A stretch of DNA of 64,000 nucleotides from Minisyncoccota bacterium (GTDB taxonomy: Bacteria; Patescibacteriota; Minisyncoccia; Phycocordibacterales; UBA9973), in assembly GCA_041661005.1 (NCBI GenBank), contig JBAZVG010000001.1:479515-543514 (forward strand), written 5' to 3'. The notes below the pieces were generated by a model. It worked only from the letters and a program-made list of their open reading frames with translations. It had not been told where the DNA came from and did no database searches. Positions 63,811 through 64,000 of the stretch are shown here, in pieces. The position numbers and the translations under genes were made by a program. The first letter of the stretch is position 1. Each line of letters starts with the position of its first letter.

Positions 63811-64000
63811 CTATTTCTTTTCTTCCTTTTTAAAAGGAATACCCAAGAGTCCAAAAAAAGTGATCCCTTCTTTTTTATTTTTAGCTGTAGAGACGAGAGT
63901 GATAGAAAGTCCGAAAACATCTCGGATATCCTCATCGGCAGTTTCTGGAAAAATAGTGTGTTCTTTGATGCCGATAGTCAAGTTGCCGATATTGTCTACC
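63811..64000 (-). CDS. rplE: 50S ribosomal protein L5, 3' end (partial)
   Basis: Manual translation ...GNLTIGIKEHTIFPE....IRDVFGLSITLVSTAK...LGIPFKKEEKK*. Confidence 0.95.
   Translation of the reverse strand, partial: VDNIGNLTIGIKEHTIFPETADEDIRDVFGLSITLVSTAKNKKEGITFFGLLGIPFKKEEKK

Noticed and set aside
63738-63935. 65-aa ORF in the track
   Set aside because: Alternative frame overlapping the rplE 3' end
1-64000. CRISPR array or cas genes
   Set aside because: No regularly spaced repeat-spacer run; repeats are dispersed palindromes or short tandem units, and no Cas motifs were seen

Overview
AT-rich bacterial window with hallmarks of a Patescibacteria (CPR, Parcubacteria-like) genome: no rpmD between rpsE and rplO, a tRNA-Ile(UAU), and many -10 boxes a few nt upstream of start codons. 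The taxon is inferred. It holds an accessory nucleotide-handling region (1-10 kb), four tRNAs, recG, housekeeping genes, infC-rpmI-rplT and the distal spc operon. The main feature is a ~13.6 kb element (14217-27849) integrated at the 3' end of tRNA-Ile(UAU) by a large serine recombinase. The att core lies inside the recombinase gene, so excision would swap the enzyme's C-terminus. The element carries a second, complete attP-like site in inverted orientation (229-bp and 102-bp inverted repeats), a ~480-nt highly base-paired non-coding region, and a co-oriented helicase-nuclease / DUF2130 / RloC-like / TPR / wHTH / tiny acidic protein operon that looks defence-related. Also notable: a tRNA-Ser with anticodon ACU, a short 6S-like RNA candidate, several families of small palindromic elements (some in-frame inside recG and ribosomal proteins, some with copy-specific inverted arms), and a pilin gene whose ATG is out of frame across an A_AAA_AAG slippery site. 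All calls come from reading the sequence and recalling motifs; no searches were run.
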